A stretch of 64,000 nt of DNA from positions 2,112,001-2,176,000 of the forward strand of contig OZ243974.1 of assembly GCA_965214775.1 (NCBI GenBank), in the 5' to 3' direction. Shown here in pieces: positions 10,858 through 20,743 of the stretch (positions are counted from its first letter, which is position 1; each line of letters opens with the position of its first letter). Origin of the DNA: Nitrosopumilus sp. Lineage in GTDB: Archaea; Thermoproteota; Nitrososphaeria; Nitrososphaerales; Nitrosopumilaceae. The position numbers were made by a program, and so were the translations under genes. The notes under the pieces are model-generated. The model searched no databases and was not told the DNA's origin. It saw only the letters and a program-made list of their open reading frames with translations.

Positions 10858-11691
10858 ATGCTTGATGGAAAAACTATTGCCATAACACGCTCAAGAGACG
10901 ATGCTTTGGAATTCATTTCCCTTGCAAAGCAAAGTAACGCAACTCCGATAGCACTGCCTACGATTGAACTTGTAAGCAAGGGGGAAAAAATTGTAGATGA
11001 ATTCTTAGACTCTGTCAGTACCTACAATCCTGATTATTCTGTCTTTATGAGTTCAAAGGCAGTCAAACTGTTGTTTGACACTGCAAGACAGTCTGGAAAA
11101 TTAGACGCTTTGCGACTGTCAGTTGCAAATACGATGGTAATGTCAGTGGGACCAAAAACAACCATCGCACTTGAAAATGAGGGAATCAAAGTCAACTATC
11201 AGCCGCCTGAAACATTTTCTTCTGTCGGCGTGGGCGAGGAATTTACCCGAATCAACGCTGCTGGCAAAAAAGTCATTGTCCCGCGAAGCGGAGCATCTAC
11301 CCCATTTCTCAAAGAATTGCTGAATAAAATAGGAATTGACGCACTGGAGATCCGTCTTTATGACGTGTGTGCATTTAGGGGTGGTAATAATACTGCGCAA
11401 TGGAATGATTTCAGGAACTTGTTCTCTAGGGGCAAAATCGACGGCGTGGTTTTTACCAGTGCCTCGTCTGTCCGTGGATTTTTTGAGATAATGCAAAGGG
11501 ATTATTCTGAAGAGCAACTGCTTGAGAATCTGTCAAGATTGTCTGTAGTGTCAATCGGACCATTTACGTCTGACGAGTTGAAAAAATTCAACGTAAAAAA
11601 TTCGGTTGCCAAAGTACATACTGTTGCAGGTGCTTTTTATGAGATGAGGATGGCTTTGACAATTTGCAGCGATCATGATCATCGTCGTTGA
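10858..11691 (+). CDS. hemD: Uroporphyrinogen-III synthase
   Basis: IAITR, VGPKT, VFTSASSV, SIGPFT; last gene of the hem operon. Confidence 0.9.
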   Translation: MLDGKTIAITRSRDDALEFISLAKQSNATPIALPTIELVSKGEKIVDEFLDSVSTYNPDYSVFMSSKAVKLLFDTARQSGKLDALRLSVANTMVMSVGPKTTIALENEGIKVNYQPPETFSSVGVGEEFTRINAAGKKVIVPRSGASTPFLKELLNKIGIDALEIRLYDVCAFRGGNNTAQWNDFRNLFSRGKIDGVVFTSASSVRGFFEIMQRDYSEEQLLENLSRLSVVSIGPFTSDELKKFNVKNSVAKVHTVAGAFYEMRMALTICSDHDHRR

Positions 11692-11774
11692 AAATTCCGC
11701 CTTATATGCCGCACGCAAGATACTTGCAGATGTCGGCCTTTATTTGTCAAGTAACTTGCAGATAGCCTTGGTAA

Positions 11775-11886
11775 GTAACTGATCGGGTTCCGGAATCCGT
11801 TTCTGATTTTGGGAACAAATTCTATTTTGATCGGCAGCCATTAGTAGCAAAATTCATGAATGAACTTTCAGAGTCCGACCTGTTAC
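11775..11886 (+). mobile_element. MITE family E copy
   Basis: gtaactgatcgggttccggaa...ttcagagtccgacctgttac, homologous to 2541-2650. Confidence 0.75.
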
Positions 11887-11972
11887 ATAACTTGTCATTT
11901 GCAAGCATTTTAGTCGATTTGCTGTAAGTTTGTTTATACATGATCAAATTCTGCTAATTTCAAATCAACTCT
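11887..11972 (+). repeat. MITE family D, right half
   Basis: Matches 14578-14663 with about 2 mismatches in 86 bp. Confidence 0.85.
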
Positions 11973-11978
11973 GTGGCA

Positions 11979-12060
11979 TAGACCTTATGCGTAATCGGTT
12001 CAGATCTGGGATTGTTACGAACAAATTCATCCCATTCATGTCGATTACGCATAATGTCTC
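11979..12060 (-). mobile_element. MITE family A (82 bp)
   Basis: tagaccttatgcgtaatcg...cgattacgcataatgtct. Confidence 0.85.
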
Positions 12061-12104
12061 ATGATTCTTTCTTAAGCTCTTTCAAGTTCATTGCCACGCA
12101 CTCG

Positions 12105-12242
12105 GTAGTTGAAAATGTACTTTTGTTCACCAAAGCAGCTGTCTGACGTGGTTGTTGCATGCAAAATCCAATGCGTGCAGAGCCGTGGATGGGCGGAGAC
12201 GCCATCACACAGGTGGCATACGGAGTGTACATTTTCAACTAC
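12105..12242. mobile_element. MITE family F (138 bp)
   Basis: Perfect 16-bp TIR gtagttgaaaatgtac / gtacattttcaactac; single copy in window. Confidence 0.7.
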
Positions 12243-12324
12243 TAGACTTTATGCGTAATCGACCTAAATGAGATGAATTTGTTCGTAATAATTCTAGATC
12301 TGCACCGATTACGCATAAAGTCTA
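12243..12324 (+). mobile_element. MITE family A (82 bp)
   Basis: Perfect 19-bp IR tagactttatgcgtaatcg / cgattacgcataaagtcta; reverse complement of 59262-59343 except one base. Confidence 0.92.
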
Positions 12325-12571
12325 CTGGCACCGCATATCAACTCCTTGGAAGTCATTTCCCATGCCGTGTCTTTGCGTGATCAATACTGTCTCAAGCATC
12401 TATCGATCATCTGCTTGGTTTTAGGCGGATCTGATTTTTGTGTACGAAAACAACACTGACATCATAATCTCGCCTAAAAATGTGATCCATGCTTTGTCAA
12501 ACTGCGGTTACCTTCATATCAAATAAAAAGTCCTCAACAGTCTTAAATCCACGCAATACTTTTGATGTTGC

Positions 12572-13123
12572 ATGGGATTGGATGTTTTTGACGCTATTGC
12601 GCTGACTATTCATGCAAATGATGACAAAATGGCAGGCAGGACAACGGTTCAGAAACTAGTATACTTTCATACAGTCACGATCAAGAATCTAGATATTTCA
12701 GGCTATATTCATTATTTCTACGGTCCGTTCAGCAGAGAAGTATCAGTCGCATTGGAAGACATGTCTGAATTCTCATACATTGATCAAAACATCATTTCAG
12801 GCTACTATGAAACCTACAATTACAAGTTAACAGAAAACGGAATCAAGTACGCCGAAACCGCGATGAGAAAATATCCAAAAGAATACGAAACGATTTCTAA
12901 AACCGTCAGCATATGCAAAGAACACTGCAGGCTAAAGCCTACACCATTATCATATGCGGCAAAGGCCCACTATGTTTTGGCAAATTCGGAATCTCAATTC
13001 AAAGACAGGTTTTCAGCAGAAGACGTAAAAACAATTGCAAAAGACTTTGACTGGAATATTTCTAAAGAGGATGCAATGACTGGACTCAAACTACTTCAAA
13101 ACCTGAATCTTGTATATGTCTGA
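12572..13123 (+). CDS. YwgA / SocA-Panacea-like winged-helix protein
   Basis: GRTTVQKLVY, YGPFSREV and YKLTENG motifs. Confidence 0.7.
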   Translation: MGLDVFDAIALTIHANDDKMAGRTTVQKLVYFHTVTIKNLDISGYIHYFYGPFSREVSVALEDMSEFSYIDQNIISGYYETYNYKLTENGIKYAETAMRKYPKEYETISKTVSICKEHCRLKPTPLSYAAKAHYVLANSESQFKDRFSAEDVKTIAKDFDWNISKEDAMTGLKLLQNLNLVYV

Positions 13124-14429
13124 CAGTTATTTTAGGGCCAAAGCAATCAGAGATCCTCTTTATGGATTTGTTGATCTTTCAGAACTAGAGACCAAAATCA
13201 TAGATGCAGAAGTATTTAGAAGATTACAGTTTATCAAACAGCTTTCCCATGCATATGTTGTATATCCCTCGTCTGTACATACCAGATTTGAACATTCCAT
13301 AGGGGCGTTATATGTATCAAACATAATGGCACGTGAGCTGGGATTTGCCAAACAAGAGGATATCGAAAGAATCCGATGTTCGTGTCTGATGCATGATCTT
13401 GGCCATGGTCCGTTCTCTCACTTGTTTGAGGCAATAATCGAGAAGATTAATCCTACAATTTCAGAACCACATGAAAAAATTTCAAAAATCATAATTAAAG
13501 AAGACTCGGAATTAGACTCAATTCTAGGCAAAAAGAAAAACGGGATCATAGAATTGCTAGAAAAAAAGGAGTCCTACAAAGAATCCGAAAAACCACTTCA
13601 GGCAGACATTATTTCAAGCGGTATTGATGCAGACAAGTTAGACTATCTCAGGCGAGATTCATACCATATTGGTGTTGCATATGGGCAGTTTGACTTTAGC
13701 CGAATTTTACACACGCTTGCTGCAACACCAAAAGGTTCCCGAATCTGCATTAGCAAGAAAGGAAAGGACGCACTTGAAAATTACAGACTGGCCCGGTACT
13801 TGATGCATGTTCAAGTCTATACGCACCATGCAAGGCTGGCCGCAGACCAGATGTTTCTCAAGGCACTTGAAATTGCAATTTACGACGAAAAGATTTTTGA
13901 TGAAAATTTACTAAAATTCAATCCAGATAAAAACAACCCAGAATTTTTGAAATTTTACACATCACTTGATGATTATTCAACTTACAACAAAATCATCGAT
14001 AGCGGTGATGCAAAAACATCCAAGCTGATTCTCACCAACATCAGGAAAAGAAAATTACTCAAACGTGCATGTGAGTTTGCTCCAAAGGATCTAGAAAACG
14101 CAGCAGATGTAGAGGGAAGGTTTATGAAAATGAAGTCGGAAGATTTTAACGAAATTGCGCTTGAAATAAGCAATTCTCTTAATTTGGATCCACATGAGGT
14201 GATTTTCTTTAAATCAACAATAAAGAACAAGCTGTTCAAAAAAGGGGAGATACTGTTTAGGGTTGGCGATGATGTTTATGACTTTGATACATTCTCGCCA
14301 ATCTCAGGTAGGGATGTAGACAAGTTTTTGATATATGGACCCGCAGACAAAGAAATCAGGAAGAAAATTGCATCGAAGATATCAGACAGGTTTGACGTAG
14401 ATCTTTCAAAAATAGCCCCAATCGAATAG
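13116..14429 (+). CDS. HD-domain phosphohydrolase, SAMHD1/YwfO-like putative dNTP triphosphohydrolase
   Basis: IRDPLYG, RRLQFIKQL, HTRFEHSIG, HDLGHGPFSH, DADKLDYLRRD, VYTH; overlaps the upstream stop. Confidence 0.88.
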   Translation: MSDSYFRAKAIRDPLYGFVDLSELETKIIDAEVFRRLQFIKQLSHAYVVYPSSVHTRFEHSIGALYVSNIMARELGFAKQEDIERIRCSCLMHDLGHGPFSHLFEAIIEKINPTISEPHEKISKIIIKEDSELDSILGKKKNGIIELLEKKESYKESEKPLQADIISSGIDADKLDYLRRDSYHIGVAYGQFDFSRILHTLAATPKGSRICISKKGKDALENYRLARYLMHVQVYTHHARLAADQMFLKALEIAIYDEKIFDENLLKFNPDKNNPEFLKFYTSLDDYSTYNKIIDSGDAKTSKLILTNIRKRKLLKRACEFAPKDLENAADVEGRFMKMKSEDFNEIALEISNSLNLDPHEVIFFKSTIKNKLFKKGEILFRVGDDVYDFDTFSPISGRDVDKFLIYGPADKEIRKKIASKISDRFDVDLSKIAPIE

Positions 14430-14509
14430 TTTACCAGAAATTTACCTTTCTTAACCTTTGCCATCACCCATGCATATTTTCACCCGCCACTCAAATGATA
14501 AAAGACTGT

Positions 14510-14663
14510 GGGATGATTCGAAATTGGAAACTGCAAATGCCCGGACTTTCCTATACCCTTTCCAAGTAATTTTACATATAACTTGTCATTTGCAAGCATT
14601 TTAGTCGATTTACTGTAAGTTTGTTTATACATGATCAAATTCTGCTAATTTCAAACCAACTCT
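14510..14663 (+). mobile_element. MITE family D (~155 bp), followed by a partial duplication to about 14720
   Basis: Ends ggatgattcgaaattggaaa / tctgctaatttcaaaccaactc; relatives at 11887, 35890, 46917, 48171. Confidence 0.75.
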
Positions 14664-14731
14664 ATAATCTGTTACCGAATTTGTTTATACATGATCAAAC
14701 CTCATTAATTTCAAACCAATTCGCAGTACAG

Positions 14732-14809
14732 TAGACTTTATGCGTAATCTACCTGAATGAGATGAATTTGCTTGCAACAATCCTAGCTTTGAGCCGATTA
14801 TGCAGTCTA
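14732..14809 (+). mobile_element. MITE family A, degenerate
   Basis: tagactttatgcgtaatc...ccgattatgcagtcta; its end is the stop codon of the downstream minus-strand gene. Confidence 0.8.
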
Positions 14810-15574
14810 GTTGGTACCAAACAGTCTTTTTAATTCTTTATTGTGTTTTTCACAAAACTTTGGATCTGCCAGCTGTGATTCAAGCAGATCTTTTTGCCAG
14901 TGTGCGTTAAACAATCTGCAGCTTTTATCATCACAAAACGCATCTCCCGTTTCTACATAAAATATTGCCTGTAACAAATATCCTTCGACAATCTTTTCTA
15001 ATCTGTCATCGTGGTATTCTAAAAACTGATCTTTGTATTTCTCTTTGACTTTGTCAACCTTATCTTTGGAAAAACCTCCGATCAATTCCATATAGTACTG
15101 CTTTGGTTTTGCAGGGGCCTCGACTATCCCTGTGGTTGAAATTATGGCAGGATTTGCCCCGATCAATGCCCTTGCATGATACCTGAAATCTTCCTCAGAA
15201 AATGTCGCAGTAAGTCTGTTTGTAAAAATTATGTGCAGGGTATCTAGACTCTTTTCTTTGATTAATTCTGAGGCAATCTCTTGCAGCTCATATCCGTCAT
15301 ACGGAAAAACTTCTCTGTCTTCTGTCATGTCCTTGTTTGATCTTTCTGCCTCGATTTCATCCTCAATTGGGTTGTGCTGCACAAACGGCTTTTTTAATTC
15401 AAAAATCCGTTTGCTTGCAATTTTCTTGAATTCGCTGCCTTGCAAATTTCTGAAAAAATTACCTCTGATCTCAATTTCTACTCCGAGTGTAGATTCCAGA
15501 AACTCTTTTTGGTGAGCGATGCCTATCTCTGGAACCGTCGGCTCATCATACAGGATAATCTTGCATAGTCTCAT
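14807..15574 (-). CDS. Conserved archaeal hypothetical protein, putative metallopeptidase-like
   Basis: 255 aa; RYHAR, GIVEAPAKP, FCDDKSCRLFNAHWQ, FCEKH (archaemetzincin-like Cys tail). Confidence 0.65.
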   Translation of the reverse strand: MRLCKIILYDEPTVPEIGIAHQKEFLESTLGVEIEIRGNFFRNLQGSEFKKIASKRIFELKKPFVQHNPIEDEIEAERSNKDMTEDREVFPYDGYELQEIASELIKEKSLDTLHIIFTNRLTATFSEEDFRYHARALIGANPAIISTTGIVEAPAKPKQYYMELIGGFSKDKVDKVKEKYKDQFLEYHDDRLEKIVEGYLLQAIFYVETGDAFCDDKSCRLFNAHWQKDLLESQLADPKFCEKHNKELKRLFGTN

Positions 15575-15596
15575 ACGAGTAACTGTGACTGATTGC

Positions 15597-16415
15597 TTAT
15601 CTTTCTAACTCTTTGATCTTCTCAGCTGCAATCTCAGCTGCTCTCTTGCCTGAGAACAGCATCGAACCAAAAGTTGGTCCCATTCTAGCTAGTCCGTGAG
15701 TTTCAGTAACGGACATTCCTGCGGCAATCAGTCCAGGATAAACTTCGCCGGTTTTATGGACGACATGCTCTTCCCCGTCATTTACAAACATAGGCTCCAT
15801 GCCCTTCCATTCTGCCAGTCCCCTGTCGACTAGTCTTTTTACGGCAACTGAATCGTGTCCTGACGCATCAATGATCACCTTAGCTTCAAAAGCAACCGGA
15901 TCCACACATGTGATGTTTCTGGGCAGTGCCGAAACCGGCATCCAGTTTACAACAATCCCTGCAACTCTGCTGTTTTTTAGAACCAAATCGTCGAATTTTG
16001 TTAGTTGCAAAAATTTTACACCTGCATCACACGCACCTGCAATCAATTTGGAAACTGCATGCGGTCCTGGAGTCATGTACAATCCATCCTGAACTTTTTT
16101 GTATGGCACGCCTAACTCGTCCCACATTTTCTGTGCCGGCTCTCTTACGGTTACTGGATTCATCATGTAGCCTCCAAGCCAATAGCCTCCTCCGAGATAG
16201 TTGTTCTGTTCGATAACGAGAACCTTGAAACCCATGTTGGATAGTTCCCTGCTTGCTGTCAATCCCGCAGGCCCTGCACCGATAATAACGACATCAGATT
16301 CTGCTCTATCCATTAGAACGTCATGAAATTCGTTTGCAATTGCACGAGTAATTTCAACTTCACGTACATCTGCAAAAATTTTAGAAGACTGTTCTGCTAT
16401 TTTTGCCTCTTGCAT
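15597..16415 (-). CDS. thi4: Thiazole synthase Thi4
   Basis: GAGPAG, LGGGYWLGG, CVDP, GHD, RMGPTFGSM; start taken at MQEAK. Confidence 0.92.
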   Translation of the reverse strand: MQEAKIAEQSSKIFADVREVEITRAIANEFHDVLMDRAESDVVIIGAGPAGLTASRELSNMGFKVLVIEQNNYLGGGYWLGGYMMNPVTVREPAQKMWDELGVPYKKVQDGLYMTPGPHAVSKLIAGACDAGVKFLQLTKFDDLVLKNSRVAGIVVNWMPVSALPRNITCVDPVAFEAKVIIDASGHDSVAVKRLVDRGLAEWKGMEPMFVNDGEEHVVHKTGEVYPGLIAAGMSVTETHGLARMGPTFGSMLFSGKRAAEIAAEKIKELER

Positions 16416-16539
16416 GCGTGTCTTTGCGCTCTTTTCAATTAATACTTTGCCAATAACAACACCACCAAGGCAGAATCCACTGAAAAATCTGGCAAAGACA
16501 GAAACTATGCATGAAACACACACCTCGGACTGCCCAACA

Positions 16540-16602
16540 GCAAAAACAAAAACAAAAACAGCAAAAACAAAAACAGCAAAAACAAAAACGGCAAAAACAA
16601 AA
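16540..16602 (+). repeat. Low-complexity tandem repeat (gcaaaaacaaaaaca)n
   Basis: About 4 units in the divergent thi4 / sulfite reductase intergenic region. Confidence 0.85.
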
Positions 16603-16780
16603 ATGATTCAAAGATCCCTTTTGGCTCACATTTTGTTTGGCCAAATAGCTCTTGAAATTAGGTGGCACTAATTATTTTGCCCCCAAAATACAGGAAAATT
16701 TGGCATTCTCGTCAAAATTCATCGTCAAAATCATCCCAATGTCAAAAATTTATAACCAAACTAAAAGGAATTTCCTTGTA

Positions 16781-18589
16781 TTGACAGTATCTGATTTACA
16801 ACAATCTCAAACCGGCTCTAAAAAGCCGAAAATCGACTGGTCTAGCATGGAAGAGGCAGATAATTTTGCAAAAACTGTAAAGTTGTTCCGTCAGGGAAAA
16901 TACGACGAAGACAGTTTTAGACGATTCAGGCTTCAACATGGCGCATATGGAACAAGAATGACCGGTGATTATGCCATGGTCCGCATCAAACTTCCTGCCG
17001 GCGAAGTTTATCCTGACCAACTTGAAAGAATTGCCCAGCTTAGCGAGCAATACTCTATTGGCAGTGCCCACTTTTCAACTAGGGAAAACATTCAACTTCA
17101 CTGGGTAATCCTTGAAGACGTCTCTGAAATCCTTCGCGCACTAGCTGAAGTCGGATTGACATCTAGAGAAGCTTGTGGTAATTCTGTCAGAAATGTAATG
17201 TGTAGCCCGATGTCTGGAGTCTGCGGGGATGAAGAATTCGATGCGACACCTTATGCGCTTGCAACTGCCCGATTCTTCTTGAGAAATCCAATGGCACAAA
17301 ACCTTCCAAGAAAATTCAAATTCAACTTTACATGCTGTGAAAAACATGGCATGGCAAGGATCACCGATGTCGGTTTGATCCCCCAAATCAGAGATGTTGA
17401 CGGTCAAAAACAGCGCGGCTTCAAAATTTTCCTTGGTGGCGGCCTTGGAAACAAGTCTTATGTTGGACATCAGTTAGAAGACTTTACTCCCGAGGAGGAT
17501 CTACTTTACACATCAATGGCCGTAATACGCTTGTTTGATAGGATGGGTGACAGAAAAAATCTGGCACGAAACAGAATGCGCTACCTGGTCCATGACATGG
17601 GTTGGGAGAAGTTCCAAAACCTGGTTCTAAAAGAACGAGCAATTGTCAGGGCTACGCAATCAGTCGTCACCCAATTGGGCGTTGATCATACTCCTGATGA
17701 AATTAAACGCCCGATCAGAATTTCTGACGAGGGCGGTTCTGCCGCCCCTGATGGCTATGCTAGATGGCTCAAGGCAAACACTGAAAAACAAAAGCAGCCA
17801 AACTACCGCTCTGTATTTCTTACACTTGAGGCAGGAGACATTACTGCAAATCAGCTGGACGCACTGGCCGGAATTATTAGAGACTTTTCTGCAGAACGAA
17901 AGGCAAGAACCGGATTTGCCCAAAACATTGCCTTAAGATATGTCCACGATGATGATCTGCCACTGCTGTATTCGAGGCTACTTGAAGTGGGGCTGGCAAA
18001 ATCAGGAGCGCTAACCATGGCTGCCCCTATCGGCTGTTCTGGCACTACGTCTTGTAATCTTGCATTAACAAACTCTCATCGTTTGGCAAAAGAGATTCAA
18101 AGAAAATTTTTGGAGCTCAAATACGATGAGGATGACGATTTGAGGGACTCCTCAATTAAGATCAGCGGATGCCCAAACTCCTGTGGCCAACATGGAATTG
18201 CCACCATCGGCTTCTTTGGAGGCGGCGCCAGGGTCGGAAAAGACATGTATGCAAACTATCAGATGCTCTTGGGTGGATGTGCTGATGGTGATGCAAGATT
18301 GGGCGACATCTGTATGCGCGTTCCGGCAAAACGTGTAATCCCTGTAATTCTCAAAGTGATCGAGCTGTTTAAAGCAAACAAAAAATCTGATGATGATCTG
18401 AAAACCTGGATTCATAGAATTGTCAACAACAGCGGCGATACTGAAATAAGAGCCATGGCAGACATCAAAAAAGCTGTAGAACCATTGACAATTCCGCCAA
18501 CCAAGGAGGAGGATCCTGATTTCTATCTTGACTATGGAAGCGATACCATTTACCATACCAAAACTGGCAAGGGTGAATGTGCCGCTTGA
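16781..18589 (+). CDS. Ferredoxin-sulfite/nitrite reductase (siroheme)
   Basis: STRENIQLH, ACGNSVRN, LPRKFK, GCSGTTSCN, SGCPNSCGQH; TTG start inferred. Confidence 0.9.
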   Translation: MTVSDLQQSQTGSKKPKIDWSSMEEADNFAKTVKLFRQGKYDEDSFRRFRLQHGAYGTRMTGDYAMVRIKLPAGEVYPDQLERIAQLSEQYSIGSAHFSTRENIQLHWVILEDVSEILRALAEVGLTSREACGNSVRNVMCSPMSGVCGDEEFDATPYALATARFFLRNPMAQNLPRKFKFNFTCCEKHGMARITDVGLIPQIRDVDGQKQRGFKIFLGGGLGNKSYVGHQLEDFTPEEDLLYTSMAVIRLFDRMGDRKNLARNRMRYLVHDMGWEKFQNLVLKERAIVRATQSVVTQLGVDHTPDEIKRPIRISDEGGSAAPDGYARWLKANTEKQKQPNYRSVFLTLEAGDITANQLDALAGIIRDFSAERKARTGFAQNIALRYVHDDDLPLLYSRLLEVGLAKSGALTMAAPIGCSGTTSCNLALTNSHRLAKEIQRKFLELKYDEDDDLRDSSIKISGCPNSCGQHGIATIGFFGGGARVGKDMYANYQMLLGGCADGDARLGDICMRVPAKRVIPVILKVIELFKANKKSDDDLKTWIHRIVNNSGDTEIRAMADIKKAVEPLTIPPTKEEDPDFYLDYGSDTIYHTKTGKGECAA

Positions 18590-19404
18590 CGGGTTCTAGT
18601 GGCAGCGGCGGTGATGGCCGCAGAATCACAACGGACGTTGATTCCCTGCGTTCTGAAATTAGAGACAAAAGTGTAAGAGTAATTGATGTCCGAAGAGAAG
18701 ATGACTACAGGCAAGATCATATTCCTTCTTCTGTAAATCTTCCGCTTGCAAATTTGCTATCTGATGACAGCCCGGATCGCGTTCAAAGATTGATTCAATC
18801 AATGGGAATCGACGATGAAACACGCGTTGTCGTTTATGATGACACCTTTGGTGCCTTGGCATCCAGGGTCGCCTGGACCATGGAATATCTTGGCCACTCT
18901 GATGTTACTTTGCTTGAAACCACATACGGCAACTGGAAATCACTTGGTCTGGAACATGATTCAGACATCCCTGAAGTCCAAAGCAAGGAGCACTCAGTTA
19001 ACCTGCGGTCTGAAATTTTAGCCACGTCTGACTATCTTGAAAGCGCAAAGGAACGCGACGACGTGATTCTGATTGATAACCGTGAGAGGCTGAACTTTTT
19101 AGAACAGCACATTCCTGACGCCATCAGTCTTCCGTACCGTACATTGGCAAGCAAGGACAAAATTCTGCGCCCAAAAGAAGACATGAAACGGTTACTGGAA
19201 AACCGTAGAGTCACAGGCAATTCCGAAATCATTACCTACTGTGGCAGTGTTGGAACTTTGTCCGGATTGGCATACTATGCGTTAAAATCCGCAGATCTGC
19301 CCAATGCAAGACTGTATGTCCGCTCCTTTAAGGAATGGAGGAATCTTCAAAAACCCACTGCAAAACAAGAAGATGCAAGCTATTGGGATCTTTCTGCCGA
19401 ATAG
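18577..19404 (+). CDS. Tandem-domain rhodanese/sulfurtransferase
   Basis: HIPSSVN, VVVYDD, active loop YCGSVG; overlaps the reductase. Confidence 0.88.
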   Translation: MCRLTGSSGSGGDGRRITTDVDSLRSEIRDKSVRVIDVRREDDYRQDHIPSSVNLPLANLLSDDSPDRVQRLIQSMGIDDETRVVVYDDTFGALASRVAWTMEYLGHSDVTLLETTYGNWKSLGLEHDSDIPEVQSKEHSVNLRSEILATSDYLESAKERDDVILIDNRERLNFLEQHIPDAISLPYRTLASKDKILRPKEDMKRLLENRRVTGNSEIITYCGSVGTLSGLAYYALKSADLPNARLYVRSFKEWRNLQKPTAKQEDASYWDLSAE

Positions 19405-20550
19405 CTAGGAAATTTCGTTTCGAAGCTTCTTGGTAATTGTCACTTCTACGTTTTCAAAAAGAACAAGCATCTTTTCCTTGTTTTCAATCAAATAATCAAC
19501 CCCTCTGTCTTTTAGTCTGATTTTCCATAATCTGATCTCCCTGTGTTCGTCAAAGAAGTTTTCAATCATTTGCTCGCCTGATCTTGCCGGATCAATAAAC
19601 TCTTCAAAAACTTCCATTGTCTTTTCTACATCCTCCTCTTCAATGGATTCCTTGACTGATTGAATTGCACTGCCTAGTTCTTTGAGGCTCTTGACAGGCT
19701 TTGACAATTTCTTTCTTGTAATTCCAAACAAACCTTTCTTTTCTTTTCCCATTTTTTCTGCAACGTTTGGAGCTAAATCATAAACCGGAATTCTACTCAG
19801 CCCGTCTCGCTTCTCGTTTTGAATGATCAATCCTTTTTCTGACAGTTTCTTTAACGCAGTTTCTGCATCTGCCTTGTCCAAGAATGTTGTCCATACAATT
19901 GAACCAACAGTGTGATAGCCCTGTCTTACCGATTCCAAAACAACAACTTCGTGAATTCTTTTGAACCCTTCTTCTATTCTGACATTTATGAAGTCTTTGT
20001 CTCTGATTGATTTTCTTGCATTCTTTACGTCAATTTCAATAGAACGCTTCAGGGATTCAAGTGACTCTGGAACTTGGTTTAGCAAAGAAAGAAAACATGC
20101 TTTGTTGTACCACGCCATTCCGTATGTCGGGTCTGATTCAATTGCCTTCTCTGCACAATCTAGTGCCTTGGAGTAGTTTTTTTGCTCGTAATGTATCAAT
20201 CCCTTAAGATTCCAAGCTTCGGGATTTGTCACATCAATATCTAAAATCCTGTCATATGCTTGCAGAGCTGCGCTGTGATCATCCAAATGGAAATTTGCGT
20301 ATCCTAACTTCATCAAGGTCTCAACATTGTCAGGATCAATTCGTAATGCCTGCTCAAAGACTGCGACAGCTTCCTCCAGCTTTTCATCTGCCATCAGGTT
20401 GATTCCTTTTTTGAATAATTTTTTTCGGTTATAATCTGAATCTACAAGACTTTTTTCCTTGGGGATTGTTGAATCCGGTCTTTTCCCTGCCTTCTCTTCA
20501 ACAGTTTCTTCCTTTCTGTCCTTTGATCTTCGTCTAAACGGCCCTTTCAC
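19405..20550 (-). CDS. TPR-repeat protein
   Basis: Repeated AWxxKG / A-I-DP TPR motifs. Confidence 0.85.
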   Translation of the reverse strand: MKGPFRRRSKDRKEETVEEKAGKRPDSTIPKEKSLVDSDYNRKKLFKKGINLMADEKLEEAVAVFEQALRIDPDNVETLMKLGYANFHLDDHSAALQAYDRILDIDVTNPEAWNLKGLIHYEQKNYSKALDCAEKAIESDPTYGMAWYNKACFLSLLNQVPESLESLKRSIEIDVKNARKSIRDKDFINVRIEEGFKRIHEVVVLESVRQGYHTVGSIVWTTFLDKADAETALKKLSEKGLIIQNEKRDGLSRIPVYDLAPNVAEKMGKEKKGLFGITRKKLSKPVKSLKELGSAIQSVKESIEEEDVEKTMEVFEEFIDPARSGEQMIENFFDEHREIRLWKIRLKDRGVDYLIENKEKMLVLFENVEVTITKKLRNEIS

Positions 20551-20617
20551 TAGCTCAAAATGCGATTTAATCTAGATAAATACTATCCCTCGTGAGAATA
20601 ATGCCGTCCATGCGTCA

Positions 20618-20645
20618 AGATGATGATGATAATGATGATGATGAT
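20618..20645 (+). repeat. (GAT)n microsatellite
   Basis: gatgatgatgataatgatgatgatgat. Confidence 0.8.
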
Positions 20646-20743
20646 TTGCCCCTTGCATTCCTTGTCAAAAAGACCGTTGATTTTGGGATCTGTTTGTGCC
20701 TATATCCTTCATTTTGTTCAAAAAACTCACCAAATCCTCCCAA

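Noticed and set aside
11979-12324. Repeated palindromes as a CRISPR array
   Set aside because: Repeats are inverted ends of dispersed 82-bp elements with conserved interiors; no unique spacers or cas genes
12419-12479. Small inverted repeat ttttaggcg / cgcctaaaa
   Set aside because: Single short copy; cannot be separated from chance or a decayed element
16414-16671. ORFs with AKTKT or FCFCC repeats; TPP riboswitch before thi4
   Set aside because: Products of a simple repeat; no TPP aptamer core seen
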